Source: a bacterium
GTDB lineage: Bacteria > Latescibacterota > UBA2968
NCBI GenBank assembly: GCA_027296045.1
Contig: JAPUJS010000354.1
Coordinates: 1-36,716, forward strand
DNA length: 36,716 bases
Reading direction: 5' to 3'
The position numbers were made by a program, and so were the translations under genes. Under the pieces are notes generated by a model. That model saw nothing but the letters and a program-made list of their open reading frames with translations, ran no database searches and was not told where the DNA came from. Of the stretch, positions 25,478 to 34,049 are shown in pieces. Position 1 is the first letter of the stretch. Every line of letters starts with the position of its first letter.

Positions 25478-27349
25478 ATGGCAGACTCAAAAGATAGACT
25501 CCAGCAGGCAATCCAACAACAACAGGCCAAACCAAAGCCCACCGCTCCACCTGCGCCCAAACCCAAAGCTCCGTCCAGACCTGCACCTCCCCCCAGGCCT
25601 TCCGCAGCAGCCAGTGCCGCCCCGGCCAAAAAGGCCAAAAAGGCTAAAAAGAAAGCCCTTTTCAAAAAGAAAAAACCCAAAAAGAAAAAAGGACCGGGCA
25701 CCGGCAGCATCTTTAAAAAATACATGTCGGAGATGGCCACCCACTTTGTGGATGAATTCAAAGACGCCACGGCCGAAATCAAACCCAGTGCCCTGATCGC
25801 TCAGGTTTCCGATGGTTTCCAGAGCCTCAAAAAAGGACTCAGCCGGGAAAACAAGGACGAAGACGAGCAGACAGAAGCCTATCAAACGCCTGAAGACAGT
25901 CCCGCCAGGACCGATTCCAAACCATTGGACCGCGACCGCGACTTTTCTCCCCAAGCAAAAACCGCCCAACCTGCCACTCCACCTGCTCCAATGACGTCGC
26001 CGGCAAAAGTGCAAAGGGCCCCTAAGAAAAAACCAAAAGCAGAAGCAGAAGCAGAAGCAGAACCGAGTGCAGAGTCAGCGGATGCAGAATCTTTTCCGGA
26101 GTTAGAACAGGCAGCACAAGATTTGGAAGCACCCGTTCAGGCCGAACCATCCGCCCCACCTGCTCCAATGATCTCGCCAACAAAAATTCGAAGGGCCCCT
26201 AAGAAAAAACCAAGAACAGAACCAGCCCTGGAGCCAAGTGCAGAGTCTGAAGAACCAAGAACGGAAGACCCCCTGGAAGAACTTACTGCTGAGCCCCTCG
26301 CAGACGGTTCGGCACAACAAACAGAATTGGGAGACCTTGCACCCGACCCACTCCAAGAGCCACCCGCTCCAATGACGTCGCCAGCCGAGGATACCGTAGA
26401 AACAGAAGCACAGCCTGAAATGGACGGATCGGTTCCGGCCGAGCCGGTGGCGTCTGGAACAGCAAAGACACAAAAAAAGAAAAAACCCGGGCCAAGAAGG
26501 CAGGTTCCGGTTACAAAAACAGAACAGGCCATCCGAAACTTCCAGGCACTTCAAATCATTCTGAACAACCCCATCTGGAGCCCCGTTGTTCTGGAAATCA
26601 AGACCAGACCCAGCACGCTGTATGCACCCAGAAAGCGGTTTGATACAAATTTTGCAAACACCGAGTTCCGAGAAGGCCTGAAGGCCGCCAGCCTCCTGGC
26701 CACCACCTTTTCTTTTGATCCGGAAAAAATCGAGTTTGTAGAAAAAACCATCCATGTCATCAAAAACCTTCCTCTGGATCCGAAAGAAAAAATCAAATCC
26801 TATACCGAGAATATCGCTTCTACCATTGGAGAAGAACAGACCAAAAAGATCATAACCTTGTTCCACACCAAACAGGTCAAACACCTGCTCTATTCCGTGG
26901 GGACGCGCCTGGGAACGTTCGTGCCCACCATCGAATGCCTCATCCGGACCTACCTTGGGTTGTGCAAGAAGGCACCCCTGACCTCTGGAGAAAGGTTGAA
27001 AATTCAGGACGGAATCCTGATGAAATACCGAAAGGCAAACTACTCCGACGACCTGGCGAAAAAAGCGCAACTCCTGTCCCTGAATTATTTCACGGACTAT
27101 CTGACCGAATTCGGCCTGAAGCTCTATAAAGACCGATTGGCTCAGGTGCCTGGAGGTCATCAGGACAATGTCAAATCCCAGAAACGCCGCCACGAAACCC
27201 TCAAAACCTTCTGCTGCGCCACGATCGAAGAATGGAGCACCAAAGTCGCACTTTCCTCCAACGCCATCAACAACGTCAAAAGTCATTTCATGGAAATGGC
27301 AGACCAGCACTTCGAAAATATCCTTGGAAAGGCCTCTGAAACGGCCTGA
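25478..27349 (+). CDS. Hypothetical protein with a Pro/Ala/Lys/Glu low-complexity N-terminal half and a helical C-terminal domain
   Basis: 623-aa ORF co-directional with its neighbours. No family recognised. Confidence 0.8.
   Translation: MADSKDRLQQAIQQQQAKPKPTAPPAPKPKAPSRPAPPPRPSAAASAAPAKKAKKAKKKALFKKKKPKKKKGPGTGSIFKKYMSEMATHFVDEFKDATAEIKPSALIAQVSDGFQSLKKGLSRENKDEDEQTEAYQTPEDSPARTDSKPLDRDRDFSPQAKTAQPATPPAPMTSPAKVQRAPKKKPKAEAEAEAEPSAESADAESFPELEQAAQDLEAPVQAEPSAPPAPMISPTKIRRAPKKKPRTEPALEPSAESEEPRTEDPLEELTAEPLADGSAQQTELGDLAPDPLQEPPAPMTSPAEDTVETEAQPEMDGSVPAEPVASGTAKTQKKKKPGPRRQVPVTKTEQAIRNFQALQIILNNPIWSPVVLEIKTRPSTLYAPRKRFDTNFANTEFREGLKAASLLATTFSFDPEKIEFVEKTIHVIKNLPLDPKEKIKSYTENIASTIGEEQTKKIITLFHTKQVKHLLYSVGTRLGTFVPTIECLIRTYLGLCKKAPLTSGERLKIQDGILMKYRKANYSDDLAKKAQLLSLNYFTDYLTEFGLKLYKDRLAQVPGGHQDNVKSQKRRHETLKTFCCATIEEWSTKVALSSNAINNVKSHFMEMADQHFENILGKASETA
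25979..26383 (+). repeat. Intragenic repeats
   Basis: CCACCTGCTCCAATGA...AGGGCCCCTAAGAAAAAACCAA occurs at about 25979 and 26156 (period about 177 bp), with a partial third copy at about 26360. (GCAGAA)4 at 26039-26062. Confidence 0.85.
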
Positions 27350-27375
27350 ATCTTGCCGGATCTTCCCTCCTAAAA

Positions 27376-28773
27376 ATGCCCCACATCCTGGTCATTGACG
27401 ATGAACCCAACCTCCGGGAAACCCTTGTAGAGGCCTTCACCATTCAGGGATACGAAGTTTCGACCGCAGCAGACGGCCAGGAAGGCCTGGATCAAACACG
27501 GAACCTACGCCCCGACCTCCTCCTACTCGATTTAAACATGCCTCGCCTCAATGGGTTTCAAGTCCTGGAAACTCTAAAGGCAGATCCAGATCTCCAATCC
27601 ATCCCCGTCATCATTCTCACTGCCCAAACCCAGCAAGACCAGGTCGTGCAGGGTCTGGAACTGGGTGCCAATGACTACATCGGAAAACCCTTTAGCATGC
27701 AGGAGATATTTGCGCGAGTAGGCGTGCAACTTCGCATCCAGGAGTTGGAACAGCAAATTCGCGAATCGGAAGCCTATCATCGGGCCCTCTTCGAACGTTC
27801 ATCCGACCCCGAAATGGTCATCAGCCGATCCGGCGATATCCTCCAGATTAACCATGCGGCTGTCAGTTTGCTGGACACCCCTCCCAACCAGATCCTTCAC
27901 CACAACATCCAGGATCTGATTCATCCAGACGACACAAAAGTCTTCACCGTTGCCTTTTCGGGGGCATTCGACGGCAGCGAAATTCCCATTTTTGAATGCC
28001 ACTTAAACCTCCCAGACGGCAAGATACTCCCGGTAGATACCGACCTGTATTCGGTCGATATCCACGGAGAACGTCACCTCCTGCTCCACATTCGGGATAT
28101 CCGCAGGCGAAAATCCGCCGAAGCCCAATCTACCATGATCTTTGAGCACATCGGCGATGGGGTATTTATTACCGACAACACAGGCCTCATTTTGCTGGCC
28201 AGTCGCAGTACCACCCAATTGACCGGCTTTCCCGAAGACGAAATCGTCGGCCAGGATATTGCCCGATTTCACTGCCAGGACAGCGCCTCGGAATGGGCCG
28301 ATTATCTGGCATCCAGCACTACAGACCCCAAAGTGTACGAGGGCCATTTTCGGCAAAATAACGGCAATGAACTCCCGGTGGAGTGGACCCTGGCCGACTT
28401 CCAGGTCGGCAGTGAATCCTTCTTGATTGGAGTGGTTCGAGACTTAAGCGACCGACGGAATGCCGAAGAAAAGCACATCGAATCCGAACGGCTGCAAACC
28501 CTGATCGAAATTGCCGGGGGGGCTGCCCATGAGATCAACCAGCCTCTCACGGCAATTCTGGGCTATGCCGAAATGTGTGAAAGCCTTTTAGACGACACGC
28601 ACGCCGCCCACGCATATCAAAAACACATTATTGACGCGACCGCACGCATCAGCAAAATCTTGAAGCGCATGCAAGAAATTCGGGAATACCGAACCCGACC
28701 CTATGCCAGTGGACACAACATCGTCGATTTCTCAACCCAAAATGAAAGTGAGGCCGACGATTTAGAACCGTGA
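27376..28773 (+). CDS. REC-PAS-PAS-HisKA signalling protein lacking an HATPase domain
   Basis: LLLLDLNMP receiver, two PAS domains and H-box AAHEINQPLT. The protein ends about 70 aa later with no N/G1/F/G2 boxes. Confidence 0.88.
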   Translation: MPHILVIDDEPNLRETLVEAFTIQGYEVSTAADGQEGLDQTRNLRPDLLLLDLNMPRLNGFQVLETLKADPDLQSIPVIILTAQTQQDQVVQGLELGANDYIGKPFSMQEIFARVGVQLRIQELEQQIRESEAYHRALFERSSDPEMVISRSGDILQINHAAVSLLDTPPNQILHHNIQDLIHPDDTKVFTVAFSGAFDGSEIPIFECHLNLPDGKILPVDTDLYSVDIHGERHLLLHIRDIRRRKSAEAQSTMIFEHIGDGVFITDNTGLILLASRSTTQLTGFPEDEIVGQDIARFHCQDSASEWADYLASSTTDPKVYEGHFRQNNGNELPVEWTLADFQVGSESFLIGVVRDLSDRRNAEEKHIESERLQTLIEIAGGAAHEINQPLTAILGYAEMCESLLDDTHAAHAYQKHIIDATARISKILKRMQEIREYRTRPYASGHNIVDFSTQNESEADDLEP

Positions 28774-28808
28774 CCTCGCTTGTGAAACTACTGCGTTCCA
28801 AAACCTGC

Positions 28809-29573
28809 TTATGCCCGAGACCCCACCCGATTGATCTTGTTGGCCGCCGCGCCTGCACCAAACCCATTGTCGATATTCACCACCGTCACGCCCGAAGCGC
28901 AGCTATTCAGCATGCCCAGCAGGGCTGCCAACCCGCCAAAACTTGCCCCATATCCGACACTGGTCGGAACCGCCACCACAGGGACATCGACCAATCCTCC
29001 AACCACGCTGGGCAACGCCCCTTCCATCCCGGCAACCACTACAATCACACTGGCCGCCATAATCTTTTCGTGACTGGCCAACAACCGGTGAATGCCCGCC
29101 ACCCCCACATCGTACAAACGCTCTACCGAATTTCCCATCACCTCCGCCGTCACCACTGCCTCCTCTGCAACCGGCAAATCGGATGTTCCGGCAGCCACAA
29201 CCAGAATCGTTCCGGCCGTCTGAACTTCCACGGGCTTTTCTCCCGGCACCACTATTGTCCTTGCCATCACATTGCACACAGCTCCTTCCAAGCGAGCCTT
29301 CAAAGCCTGCCGCATCGCATCGTCTGCCCGCGTGGCCAACAGCGTCGCGCCGGAAGCAACAATCCGCTCCCCAATCTCCACCACCTGATCCACCGTCTTT
29401 CCAGCACAAAACACGACCTCCGGAAAGCCCTGGCGTAGGACCCGATGGTGATCGATCCGTGCAAACCCCAGGTCCTCAAACGGAAACGTGGCCAGCCGTT
29501 CCATCGCCTCTCCAACATCCACGTCGCCTGCTTGCACCAATTCCAAAATCTGCCGAATCCGTTCCGGGGTCAC
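28809..29573 (-). CDS. larB: Nickel-pincer cofactor biosynthesis protein LarB (PurE-like)
   Basis: ARIDHHR..RQGFPEVVF..GKT, AGTSDLPVAEEA, DVGVAGIHRL, AGMEGALPSVV, VPTSVGYG and VNIDNGFGA motifs. Confidence 0.93.
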   Translation of the reverse strand: MTPERIRQILELVQAGDVDVGEAMERLATFPFEDLGFARIDHHRVLRQGFPEVVFCAGKTVDQVVEIGERIVASGATLLATRADDAMRQALKARLEGAVCNVMARTIVVPGEKPVEVQTAGTILVVAAGTSDLPVAEEAVVTAEVMGNSVERLYDVGVAGIHRLLASHEKIMAASVIVVVAGMEGALPSVVGGLVDVPVVAVPTSVGYGASFGGLAALLGMLNSCASGVTVVNIDNGFGAGAAANKINRVGSRA

Positions 29574-30559
29574 GCCGCCTCCTCTTCCATATTCCGATCG
29601 ACCTCCAACAGGCCGTATAAAATCATCTCCACTCCTTCCGGATCTGCTTCGGTCATCAACAAACGACGAATTTCTGCCGCGCCCCGAAGGCCTTTTACAT
29701 AAGCCGCCAGATGCCGCCTCATTTCCAAAACGCCGGAAGGCATCCCTTTTGTCTCAACGGAAAACCGCAAATGCCGGACAGCCATCTCAATTCGGTCTCG
29801 AACGGTAGGTTCGGGCAACAATTCACCCGTGGCCACATACGTCTCCGTCCGCTCAAAAATCCACGGATTTCCAATAGCCCATCGTCCCACCATCACCAGG
29901 TCACACCCGGTGGTTTGCATCATATCCTGCGCAGCCTCCGGACCGCGCACATCCCCATTGCCAATCACCGGAATCGAGACCGCCTCCTTCACCCGACCAA
30001 TCACGTCCCAGTCAGCCTTACCTGCAAACTTGGCTTCCCGGGTTCGGCCATGCACTGCAACTGCAGCCGCCCCGGCCTGTTCGGCGATTCGGGCAATATC
30101 GACTGCACTGTTGGCCTGGTCCCAACCACTCCGAATCTTCAGCGTTACCGGAATCTCCACTGCCGCCACCATCGCCTCAATCATCTTTCCCAACCGCTCC
30201 GGATCGTTCAACAGGGCCGCCCCCGCCTGCCGATTGACAATCTTTTTCACCGGACACCCACAGTTAATATCAATTAAATCCGGCTCCCGCTCTGCCGCCA
30301 CCCGGGCACCCTCGGCCATCACATCCGGCTCGGAGCCAAACACCTGTACCGAAATCGGATGCTCGTCGGGTTCAAAATCCAGATACCGACTGCTCCGCTC
30401 ACTCCCATCGGCTAACCCGCGGGCACTCACCATTTCCGTCACTGCAAGACTGGCCCCCCGCTCTCGGCACAACAGCCGGAACGACCGATCGGTCACCCCG
30501 GCCAGGGGTGCCAACACCGTCCGCCCTGGAATCTCCACCTGCCCGATCTTAACGCTCAT
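29570..30559 (-). CDS. dusB: tRNA-dihydrouridine synthase B
   Basis: LAPLAGVTD, TEMVS, DINCGCP, KIRSGW, VHGRT, IGNGD and GNPWIF motifs. Confidence 0.93.
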   Translation of the reverse strand: MSVKIGQVEIPGRTVLAPLAGVTDRSFRLLCRERGASLAVTEMVSARGLADGSERSSRYLDFEPDEHPISVQVFGSEPDVMAEGARVAAEREPDLIDINCGCPVKKIVNRQAGAALLNDPERLGKMIEAMVAAVEIPVTLKIRSGWDQANSAVDIARIAEQAGAAAVAVHGRTREAKFAGKADWDVIGRVKEAVSIPVIGNGDVRGPEAAQDMMQTTGCDLVMVGRWAIGNPWIFERTETYVATGELLPEPTVRDRIEMAVRHLRFSVETKGMPSGVLEMRRHLAAYVKGLRGAAEIRRLLMTEADPEGVEMILYGLLEVDRNMEEEAA

Positions 30560-30908
30560 TTTTCAACTCCTGGTACAAAATCCATTCGCCCTTCCGATTT
30601 TTCTGGGGTGCCCGGTCATAATACAATTCAAACACCTGCTCTGCCTGTGTTCGCACCCGAAAATATGACTTCCCCACTCCCCAGGAACCCCGTTTTGCCG
30701 CCACCTCCGCATGCTGGGCCTGCATATTTTTCGCCATCCGTCCCTTCCGCTCATAGTCCTGCCATTCGCTTAACAACTCCACCACCTCATAGGTCTCCCC
30801 TGCCCAGACAAATCCATCTGGACATCCGGGTTTTTTCTCAAACTCCGGCGGCTCGTCAAACCGAACCTCAATGGGCTCGCTGATAAAATGCAGGGGTGTT
30901 GGTTGCAT
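30549..30908 (-). CDS. Conserved small protein (DUF6504-like)
   Basis: EPIEV...P..F.W.G..Y.V......W...YFRVRT...FELYYDR...W pattern. Overlaps the dusB start. Confidence 0.7.
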   Translation of the reverse strand: MQPTPLHFISEPIEVRFDEPPEFEKKPGCPDGFVWAGETYEVVELLSEWQDYERKGRMAKNMQAQHAEVAAKRGSWGVGKSYFRVRTQAEQVFELYYDRAPQKNRKGEWILYQELKNER

Positions 30909-30921
30909 GGTTTGCCTGGAC

Positions 30922-31755
30922 CTAAATCAACGCCCGAACCTTTTCCGCCCCCACCCTGGCCACTTCAAACGGATCTTGCTCCCACAAATCCTGGCGAAAC
31001 AATTCCAGAGACACCGGCCCCGAAAATCCCTGCTGGGCCAACAGTTCCAGCATCCCTTTCAAATTCAAAATCCCGTCTCCCGGATAGACCCGGTCTCCAT
31101 CCACCAGTTCCTCTCTTGGCTTATCCGTTTGAGGAGCATCGTCAATGTGAAAGATCGACACCTGCTCGCCCGGTACCTTGAGAATATCTTCGTCCTTCCC
31201 CCCTCCTCGAAAAATATGATACGCATCCATCACCACAGTCGTCTCGGCCCGATTTGCCCGGTTCACGATCTCCATCAACACATCCACATTGTTGACATGC
31301 CCCACAAACCCCAGAAACTCCAGGGAGGGCAAACACCCGATCTCCTTGCCCAAATCGATTAATTCAGAAAATCGATCCCCCGCCCGGTTCAGATCGATTT
31401 GCCCGGGACCCGGACCGGCAATAATCCGAGACGCTCCCACAGCCGCACCCTGTTCCATCCGACGACGCACTTCACCCAGCACGTCACCGCGATAGGCCCC
31501 TTCTTCTGCATCCATCCAGTCTTTCAAGTGCACCAGATCGGGCACCTGCAATCCATAATCGTCCAGTGCCCTGCGGACTTCCGACAAACTCCTGCCCGAT
31601 TCTTCAAACGACGTCAAATCGTCATTCCACAACTCAACAGCCTCATATCCCGCCTCGCCTGCGGCCTTAATCTTGTCCATCAAAGAAGCGCTTCGAATGG
31701 TACTGGTATTAAAACAGAGCGTAAACCTCGTCAGATTCCTCTCCAGAGATTTCAA
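30922..31755 (-). CDS. Sugar phosphate isomerase/epimerase (xylose isomerase-like TIM barrel)
   Basis: AGYEAVELW, LEFLG, DAYH, FHIDD, DRVYPGDG and SLELF motifs. Start uncertain. Confidence 0.9.
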   Translation of the reverse strand: MKSLERNLTRFTLCFNTSTIRSASLMDKIKAAGEAGYEAVELWNDDLTSFEESGRSLSEVRRALDDYGLQVPDLVHLKDWMDAEEGAYRGDVLGEVRRRMEQGAAVGASRIIAGPGPGQIDLNRAGDRFSELIDLGKEIGCLPSLEFLGFVGHVNNVDVLMEIVNRANRAETTVVMDAYHIFRGGGKDEDILKVPGEQVSIFHIDDAPQTDKPREELVDGDRVYPGDGILNLKGMLELLAQQGFSGPVSLELFRQDLWEQDPFEVARVGAEKVRALI

Positions 31756-31866
31756 GATAGGCTTCCAAAATCACATATCGATTGGACCGGGCACATAACC
31801 TGGCTAAAATCTAACGATTCAACAAGATAAGATCAATACAAACCTGTGGCAACGATCCGGTACATC

Positions 31867-31900
31867 AAAAAAAGCGTTCGAACCTGCAAAGTCCGAACGC
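31867..31900 (-). terminator. Intrinsic terminator after the 42-aa gene
   Basis: Minus strand GCGTTCGGAC-TTTGCAG-GTTCGAACGC followed by a T run. Confidence 0.75.
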
Positions 31901-31924
31901 CTCACATGATTCAAAAGCGTGTCT

Positions 31925-32053
31925 TTAATTCGGATGAATCCAAATCTTCTTCCACATCCGCATCGTGTTCAACTGTCGTTTGGCCTGGGCATACCGATTC
32001 AGAATCTCAATCACCTTGAGTCTCAGCGCTAGTTTATGCAAATCGACCGACAT
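31925..32053 (-). CDS. 42-aa basic small protein (MSVDLHKLALRLKVIEILNRYAQAKRQLNTMRMWKKIWIHPN)
   Basis: AGGAGGT SD, own promoter and own terminator. The ORF-track start at 32176 lies upstream of the promoter. Confidence 0.7.
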   Translation of the reverse strand: MSVDLHKLALRLKVIEILNRYAQAKRQLNTMRMWKKIWIHPN

Positions 32054-32093
32054 CGGACCTCCTGCAAAAACGGGTGAACCAGCCTTTCCAACC

Positions 32094-32170
32094 ATAATAC
32101 GCAGGTGCTTGCCAAAAGTCAAGCCAACGAACAGAAATTTCTTTACACCATGAAAAGTGCCGCCTATATT
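32094..32170. promoter_or_regulatory. Divergent sigma70 promoters
   Basis: Minus strand: TTGACT (32122-32117), 17 nt, TATTAT (32099-32094). Plus strand: TTTACA (32142-32147), 17 nt, TATATT (32165-32170). Confidence 0.65.
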
Positions 32171-32212
32171 GCACAACGCACTTAGAATCCAAAACTTAAA
32201 AAAGGAGCTACG

Positions 32213-32974
32213 ATGGCGGAAGACCTCCTGAAAACCCGACTCAAAAATGGCGAGGTGGTGATAGGGCCCTTTGTCAACCTCGCTTCAGGTGCCCTGATCG
32301 AAATCGCCGCCTATGCCGGTTTTGATTTTGTCATCCTGGATACCGAACACGGCCCACTCGACATCGGGACGGCCGAAGACCTCTGTCGGGTTGCCCACGG
32401 TGTGGGGATTTCCCCTATTGTGAGGGTCCGCGAAAACGATCCCCCACAAATTCTCCGGGCACTCGACATTGGCGCCCATGGCGTCCAGGTCCCCCAGATT
32501 TGCAATCAGGCCGATGGCGAAGCCGTTGTCAATGCCGCCAAATATACCCCCCTGGGCATGCGGGGCGTTTCCCCCTATACACGTGCAGCCCGATACTTTG
32601 TCGATGGCGCGAAAATCTTTGAACGATTGAATGAAGAATCCATGACGATTGTCCACGTAGAAGGCGTGGAAGGCCTCGAAAACCTGGACGGGATCATCTC
32701 AGTCGAAGGTCTGGACGTCATCTTCCTGGGGCCCTACGACCTGTCTCAGTCCCTCGGCATCCCAGGCCAGGTCAGCGACCCCCGGGTGGTCGATCGCATG
32801 AAAGAAGCCGCAGAAAAAATCAACAGTGCAGGGTTGACTGTGGGCACATTTGCCGACAGCCCCGAAACCGCAAAGCGCTGGATAGATGCGGGGGTACGCT
32901 ATATCTCCCTTTCCGTAGATACGGGCATCTATCTCCAGGGCTGCAGACAAATACTTCAGGGGGTTCGAGGCTGA
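32213..32974 (+). CDS. HpcH/HpaI class II pyruvate aldolase family protein
   Basis: GFDFVILDTEHG, VRV, LDIGAHGVQVP, Y.PLGMRG and FLGPYDLSQSLG motifs. AAGGAG SD. Confidence 0.93.
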   Translation: MAEDLLKTRLKNGEVVIGPFVNLASGALIEIAAYAGFDFVILDTEHGPLDIGTAEDLCRVAHGVGISPIVRVRENDPPQILRALDIGAHGVQVPQICNQADGEAVVNAAKYTPLGMRGVSPYTRAARYFVDGAKIFERLNEESMTIVHVEGVEGLENLDGIISVEGLDVIFLGPYDLSQSLGIPGQVSDPRVVDRMKEAAEKINSAGLTVGTFADSPETAKRWIDAGVRYISLSVDTGIYLQGCRQILQGVRG

Positions 32975-33002
32975 TTCAACCCGCTGTATTGTGCGATCGA
33001 GT

Positions 33003-33027
33003 CTCCACCGATCCGTGGGAGTGTCAA
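33003..33027 (+). mobile_element. Remnant right end of the same IS200/IS605 element
   Basis: ATCCGTGGGAGTGTCAA at 33011-33027 is identical to 15232-15248. The left hairpin arm is degenerate, and no left end or tnpB lies upstream. Confidence 0.7.
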
Positions 33028-34022
33028 TCTTTCCAGACCTTCTGAAAAAGCCGGAGCCAGTTTCCGCCGAGGATTTTGGCTGTGTCCGTTTCGTTGTAGC
33101 CACGTTTGAGCAATTCCAGTGCGACGTTGGAAAATTTGTCGGGGGTTTCCATTCCCCGGGGATGGATCAGGGGGTCGGGATAGGTCATAGGACGGGCTTT
33201 GTATTTGGTTCCCTGCTGGGAGAATATCCAGTCGAAAAATGCCTTGGGTTGATCCTGGGTGTAGTCGGTTCCGATTGCCACGTGGTCTATTCCCACCCTT
33301 TCGACCAGATCTTCGATGGCGTCTACGTATTCCTCCAGCGTGGACTCAAATGTGCTGGGAAAGAAGGCGGGAAAGGCATTGGCACCGACGACGCCCCCTT
33401 TTTCAGTGAGGCGTTTGAGGGCTTCGTCGGTTTTGTTGCGCACGTGATCGACAAAATCGCGGGCATTTGCATGGGTAAAGGCTACGGGCTGTTCCGAGGC
33501 TTCAATGGTTTCCAGGGTGGTGCGGTCGCCAACGTGGGAGAGGTCGATGAGGATGCCCAGGCGGTTCATTTCCCGAATCACATCCAGACCAAAGTTGCTG
33601 AGGCCGTCATCGGTGCGTTCGTAGCAGCCGTTGCCCAGTAGGTTGCGCTCGTTGTAGGTGATCTGCACTATACGCACGCCCAGGGTGTGGAAGAGTTCGA
33701 GGCGGTCCAGGTCGTTTTCGATAGGCGAGGCGTTCTGCCATCCCAGGATAATGCCCACCCTGCCGTCTTTTTTGGCCTGCAGGATGTCCTGGGCGGTCCT
33801 GACCTGGACCAGGGTGTCTTCATATTCCCTGAACCGGCGCAGCCAGGCAGCGATGTTGTCCATGGCCTCCGCGTAGTTTTCCCATATGGCGCTGGTGGCA
33901 TTGATGGCGGTTATCCCGCCCGCGTGCAGGCTCTGATATACGGCGGGGCTCTCCCAATTGCTCACGTTCAGGCCGTCGATCACAATGGCCTCATTGTAGG
34001 GTTGTATTTCGGTGCTCGCCAT
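33024..34022 (-). CDS. Membrane dipeptidase family (M19) protein, non-canonical subgroup
   Basis: QITYN..N..G.GCYE, EMNRLGILIDLSH, TH.N, RNK.D, IGTDY and KILGGNW motifs. Confidence 0.9.
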   Translation of the reverse strand: MASTEIQPYNEAIVIDGLNVSNWESPAVYQSLHAGGITAINATSAIWENYAEAMDNIAAWLRRFREYEDTLVQVRTAQDILQAKKDGRVGIILGWQNASPIENDLDRLELFHTLGVRIVQITYNERNLLGNGCYERTDDGLSNFGLDVIREMNRLGILIDLSHVGDRTTLETIEASEQPVAFTHANARDFVDHVRNKTDEALKRLTEKGGVVGANAFPAFFPSTFESTLEEYVDAIEDLVERVGIDHVAIGTDYTQDQPKAFFDWIFSQQGTKYKARPMTYPDPLIHPRGMETPDKFSNVALELLKRGYNETDTAKILGGNWLRLFQKVWKD

Positions 34023-34049
34023 TTCCTGTCCTTCGGTGTAAAGATAAAT

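Noticed and set aside
25979-26383. Repeats as a CRISPR array
   Set aside because: They are in-frame coding repeats with 177-204 bp spacing and there are no cas genes.
32100-32114. Sigma54-like TGGCAAGCACCTGC on the minus strand
   Set aside because: The GG-GC spacing is one base short, and the sequence is the spacer of a good sigma70 promoter.
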